Origin: a virus
Taxonomy: Duplodnaviria; Caudoviricetes
Reading direction: 5' to 3' (one strand)
Length of the DNA: 58,460 bases
IMG/VR virus record: IMGVR_UViG_3300008116_000046
Location: 1-58,460 of that record
This document shows positions 46,701 to 54,768 of this stretch, piece after piece. The notes below the pieces were generated by a model. That model was not told the DNA's origin. It ran no database searches and was given only the letters and a program-made list of their open reading frames with translations. The stretch's first letter is position 1. Every line of letters begins with the position of its first letter. The position numbers and the translations under genes were made by a program.

Positions 46701-48480
46701 AAATTCAAAAGGTGTTGGAAATTATGTCGGAAGTGCAGGATCTGCTTTTGGAGCACTAAATCTAATAAATTCTGGCATAGGATATACTCCATCTTCGGGA
46801 AGCCTTGTATTTTCTAACGTAAATTTAGAAACTATTACGGGAGATGGAAGAAATGCGTCAGCAACTATTTTTATAACTAACGGAAAAGTATCTTCAGCTC
46901 TTATTAGCAACGGTGGAATAGGATATAAGATTGGCGATGTTCTCGGAATTTCGTCCGGATCATTAAATGTGGGGTCTGGGGCAAGAGTTTCTATATCAAG
47001 CATATCTTCAGTAAATGAAATAATAGTAGATAATGTCCAGGGAGACTTTATAGTTTCTGGAACACCATCGCTTCAATATAAAAATGATGTTGGTTCAACT
47101 GTCAATTTAAATATTGCAGCAAGTAATATAATTACAGTTTCTGATGGTTTGCATGTAAAAGTAAATCAAAAAAATCATGGGATGCATTCATCCCAAAATT
47201 ATGTAATTATTTCTGGCGTTGAGAGTGATATAAAACCAACAAAACTATCTCAAAATATTGTTGCTAGCACAATAACCTCCGGAGGTTCGATATATGTAGA
47301 TGACTCCAGCTACTTCCAATCTTTTGAAAATGTTGGAGTAGCTTCAACAAATCCAGGTTATTTGCTTATTGGAAATGAGATAATACCATACGAATCTACC
47401 TCAAATGGAGCAATTAATGGATTAATAGTAAAACCTGAAAAAGATTATGAAGTGGGAACTTTGGTTTATAAGTATGAATTGGGCGGAGTGTCTCTAAGAA
47501 GAATCAATAAGCAACATAATTTATCTCTTGTTGATACTTCAATTATTAAGGATCCAATAGAATTTGATTCATATCACGTTAAACTTGATATGTCTTCTGC
47601 TGGAATTGATAGATCTGTAGAGACCTCTTTACCAAAACTCTATATAAATGAATCTAAATCATCGGGAGGATTAAATATTTCTGCCTCCAAAAATATACAA
47701 TTTGAACTAATTCAACCAATAATCCCAAACACTACAGTCACTGGAACATCAATAAGTGGAGTAATTAGAACTACTCAAGGAACAAGTATAAATGGTAATG
47801 AATCTTCTTTCATAGATGTTGGTTTTGAACCAGTTTCAATATACGAAAATAATTATCTAGATTCCCCAAGGATCATCTGTTCAGATGTAAATGAGGTTCA
47901 GAATTTACTAGGAGAAAAATCATTCAACTTGAGAGTCAATTTATCTTCTACTGATAGTTTATTAAGTCCCACGATTGATGCAAGAGCATCATCAATTACT
48001 CTGGTTACAAATAGAGTCAATGATGTTATAGATGACTATGCACAGGATAATAGGGTTAATAGTCCAATTGATGATCCAACTTCATTTAAGTACATTTCGA
48101 AAGAGGTTCAATTAGAAACTTCCTCTACATCTATAAAAATTATATTAGATTCTCATTTGACTTCAAGTTCAAATATTCGCGCTTTTTATGCAATTAGCGA
48201 TAATCCTAATTTCTCGCCAATATTCATACCATTCCCCGGATATTTGAATTTAAACAAATATAAAGAAGTTATAAATTTTGAAGATAGTGACGGTCTTCCG
48301 GACAACTATATTTTACCTTCAACATTATCAACATTTAATAATGTTGATTTTAGAGAATGTACATTTACCGCAAATAATTTACCATCTTTCCGTTATTTCA
48401 GAATAAAACTAATAGGAACATCGAGCAGTCAAGTTCATGTTCCTAGAATTAAAAACCTAAGAGTTCTTGCTCTTGCATAA
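40771..48480 (+). CDS. Large virion structural protein (VrlC/DUF4815-like, 2569 aa)
   Basis: NLNVSPYFDDF...VLFKPG.PVQARELT.LQS; LEYYTSLSLLE; FKSGFFVDNF; DPLAQSF; PRIKNLRVLALA. Confidence 0.85.
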   Translation: MSQQTNLNVSPYFDDFDANNDYYKVLFKPGYPVQARELTTLQSILQNQIEKFGQHFFKDGAKVIPGNTFYNNFYECVELENTYLGIPVSSYADQLVGSTITGLTSGITAVVNQVLLPQNSERGNLTLYLNYLQSSTVGSGTRFVEGEQLSSNNIVISQLLGTSNIPVGEPFGITVSRNCTSTGSSFSVNDGIYFIRGHFVRVSKETLILDQYSFTPNYRIGFFVNEQIINSDLDEELNDNSQGFNNYSSPGADRLKITVSLFKKSLDDFEDTNFIELARVRSGVIKYSSDKYTQYSGLAEEFARRTYDESGDYYIKPFDVVLKNSLNDKLGNSGIFNSTDLTDGGSVPSDDLALYQISPGKAYVRGYELEVISSSLIDVPKPRETKTLENQTIVYNTGPTFKLNRVYGSPKVGIGNNYVLSLRDSRVGNTGITSEGKEIGVARVYDFRLESGSYDSNNPNLNEWNISLYDIQTTTEITLNEAITLSTPTFVKGKNSGATGFLKTSVSNSTLMVLYQTTGEFSNFETLIFDGDETISRICRNVISYGISDVRSVYGTVGTGKTFSADVIQTTKFNVGIASIVPNNSSIIITSTNPLFSGKNVKVGEIIKYTNPQKLSLPYYAKVSGINTASIEAVGVTSVSNFIEGGIPSSNIIVNDLEILTTSLVSSQDNTLYSKLSKSNISNVDLTNSTLTIRKSFDNQIITSDKLIVSLSDPDESFLPFDEERYTLTNSNGTIQTLTKDKFSINGNTLTISNISFDLGGSTLVATIRKSKPKEKIKKKNRINYTIIDKSILEGSGTGQDTINNGLVYGNYPYGTRVEDDLISLNYPDVIEIHAIFESKGTSAANSPSLLLSSIGSQSGKTSDLIIGEKIIGESSGSVAILVERKTDSEIRYISKNNISFRIGETLLFEESNIKCILASSDSDSNDITTHYSFNSGQRSTFYDYSTVVKKSNFNSPTRQLKIYFSNAYYDSSDEGDITTRNSYFECDYSKEIAVVDNTRVTDIIDIRPRVSPYTATIDTRSPLEFYGRSFTTSENSSKNSLASDESIVLNDSFYLGRVDTIYLSKNGTLQTKLGASAENPERPVPIDDSLEIATINLPPYLYNASDAVINLTEHKRYRMHDIKVLEDRIRNLEYYTSLSLLESKTSNLLIQDSNGLNKFKSGFFVDNFSDDKAPIQDLSFGRNNSIDPSSQELRPNIDTQNINLLPFNDKIISVDDDNSIEGENVVINDGIITLRYTDTIWRSQDIATRTESVTPFILNYWKGSIELTPSTDTWFDSPVLLEAENFIADVGDADLYKKVYNLNESGALVTYNNWQTTWSGTPDRKTEENKTNLRQVTYQGWTTNTRIYNEKTITTFETGTTSRTGTKISLDPSIGSPISVGQRVVKRDNSQFIRSRNIQFEGKGLLPGTEVKAYFDGVDVTNNCFPKLLEIEMVSGTGKFQIGENIIASFNNGTTLQHNATLRACHPRHKSGPHAIINENDFKTYFKINPYTNVEIPNNYSETSDILNIDTYLLSDTSSSSYGGIVFPNMILEGATSKAKAKVLRTRLKVDYSSVVMGSFFIYPAKDSLVKFGTGTKTFKLSDQSSTDAQENFTASGFVETIQPTTISVRTYKLASREILETGQTQERVLKTDITQETVSRTSVDNTPPPPPPPSYSYSPPPQPAAPAAPAAPAAPAAPAAPAAPTQINYDGPVYAQGAQQRLVEAAAAVGLTGGLRSVAEQLGINNFERGGGGNVSKELGDKITNRLVGKGANICARDPLAQSFTVGSKGVFLSKCVIYFNSKPSTDGLTVDFELRSMSNGYVSSGPKPSDYILDGSQISKLPSEVNISNDGSVGTEFRFKHPIYLEGNKEYAIVLLSQSPDYSVFISRVNETDLITNSFVSNQEDFGSLFKSQNSTTWEPSQWEDLKYQLWRADFVRSGFVNFYNPKLTNETLNYSKKLFPDSVILNSRKLRIGLASSLPSNSGLVIGNTILQSNSKGVGNYVGSAGSAFGALNLINSGIGYTPSSGSLVFSNVNLETITGDGRNASATIFITNGKVSSALISNGGIGYKIGDVLGISSGSLNVGSGARVSISSISSVNEIIVDNVQGDFIVSGTPSLQYKNDVGSTVNLNIAASNIITVSDGLHVKVNQKNHGMHSSQNYVIISGVESDIKPTKLSQNIVASTITSGGSIYVDDSSYFQSFENVGVASTNPGYLLIGNEIIPYESTSNGAINGLIVKPEKDYEVGTLVYKYELGGVSLRRINKQHNLSLVDTSIIKDPIEFDSYHVKLDMSSAGIDRSVETSLPKLYINESKSSGGLNISASKNIQFELIQPIIPNTTVTGTSISGVIRTTQGTSINGNESSFIDVGFEPVSIYENNYLDSPRIICSDVNEVQNLLGEKSFNLRVNLSSTDSLLSPTIDARASSITLVTNRVNDVIDDYAQDNRVNSPIDDPTSFKYISKEVQLETSSTSIKIILDSHLTSSSNIRAFYAISDNPNFSPIFIPFPGYLNLNKYKEVINFEDSDGLPDNYILPSTLSTFNNVDFRECTFTANNLPSFRYFRIKLIGTSSSQVHVPRIKNLRVLALA
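45763..45825 (+). repeat. 9-bp coding tandem repeat (Pro-Ala-Ala)x7
   Basis: CCAGCGGCA, CCTGCAGCA x3, CCCGCAGCA x3. Confidence 0.9.
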
Positions 48481-48483
48481 ACT

Positions 48484-48711
48484 ATGAAATATATTAAAGT
48501 AAAAGATAATAGTGATTTGGTAAGAGATGTTACCACAAATTCCATTATTAATACAAATGTAAATGAATATCAAAGATACTTATCTATGAAAATGGATAGA
48601 GATGCTGAGAGTAAAAAATTACAGAATTTTGAAAATGATTTGAATAATATTAAAGATGATATCAATGAAATAAAATCTCTACTAAGGAGTTTAATAAATG
48701 AATCCCGATGA
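48484..48711 (+). CDS. Small coiled-coil protein upstream of gp13
   Basis: LVRD..TNSIIN; C-terminal heptads. Confidence 0.75.
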   Translation: MKYIKVKDNSDLVRDVTTNSIINTNVNEYQRYLSMKMDRDAESKKLQNFENDLNNIKDDINEIKSLLRSLINESR

Positions 48712-48880
48712 AATTAAATTGGAAAATTTGAGCAAAAGTTTTGAATATTTTAAATATTCCTCAGAAATAGATTCTATAGATGATATTGATAAATTAAAAG
48801 ATATTGCAAAATGTTATTATAAATTGTATTTAAAACAACAAGAAGTTGTTTTAAACCTTTCGTCTATGAATTTTTCATAA
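48698..48880 (+). CDS. Hypothetical protein (KLYLKQQE)
   Basis: AGGAG RBS; overlaps the upstream gene. Confidence 0.7.
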   Translation: MNPDEIKLENLSKSFEYFKYSSEIDSIDDIDKLKDIAKCYYKLYLKQQEVVLNLSSMNFS

Positions 48881-48902
48881 ATATTTTTACGAGGTAATAA
48901 AA

Positions 48903-49751
48903 ATGGCACAACCATCTACCAGGCAAGAATTAATAGATTACTGTAAAAGAAAACTTGGTGCCCCAGTTTTAGAGATAAATGTTGCTGACGAGCAAATTGA
49001 AGACTTGGTAGATGATGCTATACAATTTTTTCAAGAAAGGCATTTTGATGGCGTTTATCCCACATTCTATAAGTATAAAGTCACATCACAAGACATCGCT
49101 AGAGGAAGAGCAAGAGGATTAAATCAAAACTCTGTAGGTATTGTCACTACCACAGTATCAACTAATATAGTAGGAACTGCTGCTACATTTTCTTATGAAG
49201 AGAATAGCAATTACTTGCAAGTTCCGCCCAATGTTATAGGAGTAAATAAAATTTTCACCTTTGATGGTGCTAATACTATTACCCACAATATGTTTAGTGT
49301 TAAATATCAACTATTTTTAAATGATATTTATTATTGGGGAACTACTGAACTTTTAAGTTATGCAATGGTAAAAACATATTTGGAAGATTTGGATTTCTTA
49401 TTAAATACACAAAAACAGATAAGATTTAATAAGAGGCAAGATAGGTTGTATTTGGATATTGATTGGGGATCAGTAACAGAAAATCATTATTTTATTATAG
49501 ATTGTTATTCAACTTTAGATCCAAATGATTATTCAAGAGTTTGGAATGATTCATTCATAAAACCATATTTAACTTCTTTGATTAAAAGACAATGGGGACA
49601 AAATATGATGAAATTCACCGGAGTTAAACTTCCAGGTGGAGTGGAATTGAATGGAAGACAAATGTATGATGATGCTCAAAAAGAGATTGATATTTTAATG
49701 GAGAAGATGTCAAATACTTATGAGCTCCCTCCACTAGATATGATTGGTTAA
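48903..49751 (+). CDS. gp13: Neck protein gp13
   Basis: RQELIDYC.RKLGAPV.EINV; KRQWGQN..KF.GV.LPGGV.LNG; CATAAATA at 48876. Confidence 0.95.
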   Translation: MAQPSTRQELIDYCKRKLGAPVLEINVADEQIEDLVDDAIQFFQERHFDGVYPTFYKYKVTSQDIARGRARGLNQNSVGIVTTTVSTNIVGTAATFSYEENSNYLQVPPNVIGVNKIFTFDGANTITHNMFSVKYQLFLNDIYYWGTTELLSYAMVKTYLEDLDFLLNTQKQIRFNKRQDRLYLDIDWGSVTENHYFIIDCYSTLDPNDYSRVWNDSFIKPYLTSLIKRQWGQNMMKFTGVKLPGGVELNGRQMYDDAQKEIDILMEKMSNTYELPPLDMIG

Positions 49752-49753
49752 TT

Positions 49754-51160
49754 ATGTTAAATCCATTTTTTCTACAAGGTTCCAAATCAGAGCAGGGTCT
49801 CATACAAGACTTAATTAATGAGCAATTGAGGATGTATGGAATAGAAGTTTATTATCTACCAAGAAAATATATAACAGAAAAAAAGGTAATTAGAGAGGTT
49901 ATTGAATCTGAATTTTCAAATGCATATCCAATAGAAGCTTACCTAGACAATTTTGAAGGTTATGGTGATAACACAACAATATTATCTAAATTTGGAATAC
50001 AAGCACTTAATGAAATTAATTTAATAATTTCTAGAGAGAGATTTAAAACTTATATTTCTCCATTAATAGAGAACATACCAAATATTAAATTATCTACAAG
50101 ACCTAAGGAAGGAGATTTAATTTATTTCCCTCTCGGGGATAGAATTTTTGAAATAAAATATGTCGAGCACGAAAAACCTTTTTATCAACTTCAAGGACTA
50201 TATACCTATCAGTTAAAATGCGAATTGTTCCGCTACGAAGATGAAATTATTGATACTGGAATAACAGATATTGATGACAATATAAATGGAAGTATAGGAG
50301 GAGATGTATCTCCAATTGGTCCAATACAAAAACTCCAAATGATAGGGGTGGGCATAACTGCAACCGCAAGCACTGGAATAGTAAATGGTGGAATTAGATT
50401 TATAACGGTAACCAATAGAGGAGGAGGTTATACTGGCATACCTGCCGTTGGAATTTCTTCTGCCCCAGCAAATACACAATCTGCTTCTGCAATCGCTAAG
50501 ATGATTGGAGGAATAGTCGTATGTAACGACAATACAAATCCATCCGCACAATCAGTACAAAGTGTTGAAATTACAAACCCAGGATATGGATATACTACAA
50601 CTCCTGGAGTTAGATTTATTGGTGGTGGTGGCAATGGAGCAACCGCAAAAGCAACTCTAGGAGATGGAATAGTAGGAATTATTACTATTACTAATTCGGG
50701 TTCAGGTTATGTAAATCCACCAACAATAACTTTTACTGGCATTTCATCAGTTTCTGCAGCAGCAACAGCAGTTGTTTCCGCTGCTGGATCAATTACTTCT
50801 ATTAGAATCACGAATGCCGGTCTTGGATATACACAGACACCAACAATTGTCATTGGTACTCCTTCAATTAATTCGAGTGGAAGTTTTATATTCAACGAAA
50901 TTGTAACAGGAAATCAAAGTGGAGTAACTGCTAGAGTTAGATCTTGGAATTCTATTACAAATGTGTTAGAGGTTTCTAATGTAAATGGACAATTTAATCC
51001 AGGAGAAAACATAGTAGGAACTGCATCAAGTGCTTCTCATTATTTGAGAAGAGTAGAAACCCTTTCGGTTAAAGATGGTTTTACAAATAATGACGAAATT
51101 GAAGATGAAGCAGATGAAATAATAGATTTTAGTGAAAGAAATCCCTTTGGGATGCCATAA
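49754..51160 (+). CDS. gp14: Neck protein gp14
   Basis: EQ.LIQDLINEQ; RPKEGDLIYFP; PFYQL; DFSERNPFG. Confidence 0.93.
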   Translation: MLNPFFLQGSKSEQGLIQDLINEQLRMYGIEVYYLPRKYITEKKVIREVIESEFSNAYPIEAYLDNFEGYGDNTTILSKFGIQALNEINLIISRERFKTYISPLIENIPNIKLSTRPKEGDLIYFPLGDRIFEIKYVEHEKPFYQLQGLYTYQLKCELFRYEDEIIDTGITDIDDNINGSIGGDVSPIGPIQKLQMIGVGITATASTGIVNGGIRFITVTNRGGGYTGIPAVGISSAPANTQSASAIAKMIGGIVVCNDNTNPSAQSVQSVEITNPGYGYTTTPGVRFIGGGGNGATAKATLGDGIVGIITITNSGSGYVNPPTITFTGISSVSAAATAVVSAAGSITSIRITNAGLGYTQTPTIVIGTPSINSSGSFIFNEIVTGNQSGVTARVRSWNSITNVLEVSNVNGQFNPGENIVGTASSASHYLRRVETLSVKDGFTNNDEIEDEADEIIDFSERNPFGMP

Positions 51161-51208
51161 ATAGAAAATAATCAATCAATTTATTAATATAGTAAGGAAA
51201 GTTAAAGT

Positions 51209-52210
51209 ATGTTTGAATATTTTTATCACGAAATTTTAAGAAGGACAGTTATTGCATTTGGTTCTTTGTTTAATGATATTAGTATCAAGCATACTGACAA
51301 CAATCAGAATGTAAAGAGTGTAATAAAAGTACCTCTTGCATATGGACCAACTCAAAAATTTCTTGCAAGATTAGAGCAATCGCCAGACTTGAACAAACCG
51401 GTTCAAATTACTCTGCCAAGAATGTCTTTTGAATTTACGGGATTAACATATGATTCCTCAAGAAAGGCGACAACGACTCAGACATTCACTATGAAATCGT
51501 CTTCAAATGGGACAGAAACTAAGAAGGCATATTTGCCAGTTCCATATAATATGCAATTTGAACTTAGTATTATGTCCAAATTGAATGATGATGCATTGCA
51601 AATCATTGAACAAATTTTACCATATTTTCAACCAGCATATGCTATGTCTGTAGAATTGGTGGAAGATATTGGAGAAAAAAGAGATATTCCTGTGGTTTTA
51701 GAAAGCATTAGTATGCAGGATGATTATGAAGGAAACTTTCTTACAAGAAGGGTGTTGTTATATACTTTAAGATTTACAGTAAAAACTTATCTTTTTGGAC
51801 CAGTTTCTTCCGCAACAAAAGATATTATCAAAAAAGCAACTATTGGTTATATTGCAGGCGATACTACAAATTCTCCAATACGAGAAGTTGTTTATTCTGC
51901 CCAACCAAGAGCAATTAAAAACTACACAGGCAACGTTCTGACTACATTAACTAAAGATATAAGTGCAGAGGATATATTAATTCAAGTCAATGATTCATCT
52001 TCTATACTCCCCAATACATATCTTGATATTGAAGGGGAAGAGGTGTTTGTAAAAATTATTTCAGCAAATACTTTGACTGTAGAAAGAGGAAGAGACGAAA
52101 CAACAGTTACTTCTCATCTAATTGGAGCAGAAGTAAAATCTATAACCTCATCTGATAATTTATTGGTAGAAGATGGTGACGATTTTGGTTTTAGTGGTTC
52201 AAATCTATAA
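51209..52210 (+). CDS. gp15: Tail sheath stabilizer/terminator gp15
   Basis: FYHEI.RRTVIAFGSLFN; VPLAYGP.QKFLARL; LPRMSFE; EQILPYFQP; CATAAATA at 51156. Confidence 0.95.
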   Translation: MFEYFYHEILRRTVIAFGSLFNDISIKHTDNNQNVKSVIKVPLAYGPTQKFLARLEQSPDLNKPVQITLPRMSFEFTGLTYDSSRKATTTQTFTMKSSSNGTETKKAYLPVPYNMQFELSIMSKLNDDALQIIEQILPYFQPAYAMSVELVEDIGEKRDIPVVLESISMQDDYEGNFLTRRVLLYTLRFTVKTYLFGPVSSATKDIIKKATIGYIAGDTTNSPIREVVYSAQPRAIKNYTGNVLTTLTKDISAEDILIQVNDSSSILPNTYLDIEGEEVFVKIISANTLTVERGRDETTVTSHLIGAEVKSITSSDNLLVEDGDDFGFSGSNL

Positions 52211-52215
52211 AATTT

Positions 52216-52650
52216 ATGAAAATGACAAAAAAATTCGATGGTTTGAATGAAACGTTTAATACTAGCGCAGAGATTGTATCTAAAAAAATAGACAGCAATA
52301 CAGAAAATATTGAAATATCTACAAATACTATTTCTGATGATATAAAAAAAGATTACATTTATACTAGAGGAAATTTATACTCTCTTATAGAAAAGGGTCA
52401 AGAAGCTATTAATGGGATCCTGGAATTGGCTCAGGAAAGTGAGATGCCGAGGGCATATGAAGTTGCTGGACAACTCATTAAAAGTGTCGCTGATGCAACG
52501 GACAAATTAATGGAACTGCAAAAAAAATTAAAGGATATTGAAGAAGATAAACCAAAAGGACCAACAACAGTGAATAATGCCTTGTTTGTAGGATCTACGG
52601 CAGAATTAGCAAAATTTTTAAAACAACAATCCCAAGAAACTGTAGAGTAA
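52216..52650 (+). CDS. gp16: Terminase small subunit gp16
   Basis: DY.YTRGNLY.LIEKGQEA; PRAYEVAGQLIK; NNALFVGSTAEL. Confidence 0.93.
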   Translation: MKMTKKFDGLNETFNTSAEIVSKKIDSNTENIEISTNTISDDIKKDYIYTRGNLYSLIEKGQEAINGILELAQESEMPRAYEVAGQLIKSVADATDKLMELQKKLKDIEEDKPKGPTTVNNALFVGSTAELAKFLKQQSQETVE

Positions 52651-52678
52651 TAAATATAAAAAGGTACTTCTCAATTCA

Positions 52679-54751
52679 ATGTCTAGATTGAAATCTCATA
52701 AAACAGTTGAGCAAATTGCGAAGAAACATCGTCTTGACGTTTCTTTTATACAAAAGCAACTTGATATGGGAGAGCCTATTGAGCATGAACATACTCAAGA
52801 TCACAATCTTGCCAGAAATATTGCCCTTCAACATCTTGACGAAATACCAGATTATTATACTCGTTTGAAAAAAATGGAGTCATCTGCAAAAAAAGAACAT
52901 AAAAAGTTCAAAGATGTAAAAGAAGAAAATAAATCTGGCGATAAAGGATTGCGCGATTGGTTTAATAAATCAAGCGGAAGAGATCCAAAAACCGGAAGAA
53001 AAGTTAAAGGGTGGGTTCAAATTGGCGGTCCTTTTGCTGGTGCTCCATGCGCTCGTCAAGAAGGACAAACTTCCACACCAAAATGCGGAAGTTCTAAAAT
53101 GGCAACAAATTTATCACCAGAAGAGGAAGAAAAGGCATTTAGAAGAAAAAACAAGCAAGATTCAAATCAACCACAGAAAAGAAACGCTGCAAAACCAACT
53201 AACGTAAGAACTGAAGAGATGGATTTACAGGAAAAGAAAAAAGAAGGTAAAAAAGACGCCTGCTATCATAAAGTAAAATCTAAATATGATGTTTGGCCAA
53301 GTGCATATGCTTCTGGAGCACTTGTCAAATGTCGCAAAGTTGGTGCAGCAAACTGGGGAACCAAATCGGAGGAAACTATGCACGAAGAAGAAAGATATTG
53401 TCCTTTATGCGATAAAAGAGAAACAAGATCCGAGTGCTCTTATGGAGAGAAAGCATGGGATAAAGTTTCTGTTAAAGATGAAGAATATTCAATGGCAAGA
53501 TCAGAACTCAAAACCATTGAGAATGCAGTAAAGAGACTTAAAGCAAAAGTTGGCAAAGGAGAAGGTGATTTGGAAGCATGGGTACAATCAAAGATCACTA
53601 AAGCAGCAGATTATATTGATACTGCAGCGGACTACATTGCAAGCGGAGAAATGACAACTGAAAATGTTGAGCGTGGTCCCATTTTGCCCATGAAAGAAAA
53701 AGGTAAAAGAGTTTTTGCTAAAGGTCAACAACCAAGACCAACAGGAGCAAAACTTCCAAAAATCAATAAAGAAGAAACTTTAGTCGATAAAATTCTAGGC
53801 GAACTTCAAGAAGAAGATCCTTGTTGGAAAGGATATACTCAAGTTGGAATGAAGAAAAAGGGGGGAAAGCAGGTTCCAAATTGTGTTCCTTCAAAAGGAT
53901 ATGAGGAAGAAGTTGTTCGTGAACGTGCGGATTTTTGGCATCCAGACCCAGAACAAGATCGCAAACTAGGTGGACCTGGAGCAAATCAACGGGCCCGTGA
54001 AGATAGTATTGCATCTAAATCTACTTCTACTTCAAAATCTGATAATAAATTAAGACCAGGTGAGTCTTATATGCAATTTGCTAAGCGCAAAGCAGCGGAA
54101 AGAATGAAGGAAGATGTAACAATCGAGGATGCCGATGGAAATACTTTTGCCGAAATAATTGATATAATAAAACCAGAACCAATTAAAGGATTTAAGTCCC
54201 AAGTAAGTGAGGCAACAAGACTCCAAGCACAAACTGGAAATGTAATCGCCGTCACTCTTTCTTGGAGAGGGAAATATTATTCTCTTAAAATGTTTTTCCC
54301 TCAAGTTAAGACTCCAACAAGAAAAGAAATCAATGATGAACTTCAAAAAGTTTATCCAGGTTCTAATGTAGTTTATCATTCAATCTCAGAAATTCAACCC
54401 GGACAACCATTGATTCAAGCGTTTGGTCCTCAAGGAGGTAGTTCCGCTAAACCAGGTTCAAATATAAACTACGTCAAACCAATGGGAGAAGAAGTTGAGT
54501 TGGAAGAAGAAGGTCCCCCTCTGTCTGTAGGTAGGGGAGAAAAACTTCCTGTAAGTAGAGGTGGAGGTCTTACTAAAAAGGGAAGAGAAAAATATAATCG
54601 TGCTACGGGATCTAATTTGCAGGCACCTGTAACTGGAGATGTAAAACCTGGTAGTGCAGCAGCAAAAAGACGTAAAGCATTTTGCTCTCGTAGTAGAAGT
54701 TGGGATGGAGAAAGAGGATTAGCAGCAAGAAGACGTTGGAATTGTAATTAA
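52679..54751 (+). CDS. Modular 690-aa late protein, putative internal head polyprotein
   Basis: AATAAATA at 52649; basic mini-domains joined by Glu-rich xxEE junctions. Confidence 0.7.
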   Translation: MSRLKSHKTVEQIAKKHRLDVSFIQKQLDMGEPIEHEHTQDHNLARNIALQHLDEIPDYYTRLKKMESSAKKEHKKFKDVKEENKSGDKGLRDWFNKSSGRDPKTGRKVKGWVQIGGPFAGAPCARQEGQTSTPKCGSSKMATNLSPEEEEKAFRRKNKQDSNQPQKRNAAKPTNVRTEEMDLQEKKKEGKKDACYHKVKSKYDVWPSAYASGALVKCRKVGAANWGTKSEETMHEEERYCPLCDKRETRSECSYGEKAWDKVSVKDEEYSMARSELKTIENAVKRLKAKVGKGEGDLEAWVQSKITKAADYIDTAADYIASGEMTTENVERGPILPMKEKGKRVFAKGQQPRPTGAKLPKINKEETLVDKILGELQEEDPCWKGYTQVGMKKKGGKQVPNCVPSKGYEEEVVRERADFWHPDPEQDRKLGGPGANQRAREDSIASKSTSTSKSDNKLRPGESYMQFAKRKAAERMKEDVTIEDADGNTFAEIIDIIKPEPIKGFKSQVSEATRLQAQTGNVIAVTLSWRGKYYSLKMFFPQVKTPTRKEINDELQKVYPGSNVVYHSISEIQPGQPLIQAFGPQGGSSAKPGSNINYVKPMGEEVELEEEGPPLSVGRGEKLPVSRGGGLTKKGREKYNRATGSNLQAPVTGDVKPGSAAAKRRKAFCSRSRSWDGERGLAARRRWNCN

Positions 54752-54768
54752 TTTTTTAGAGGTTCGTT

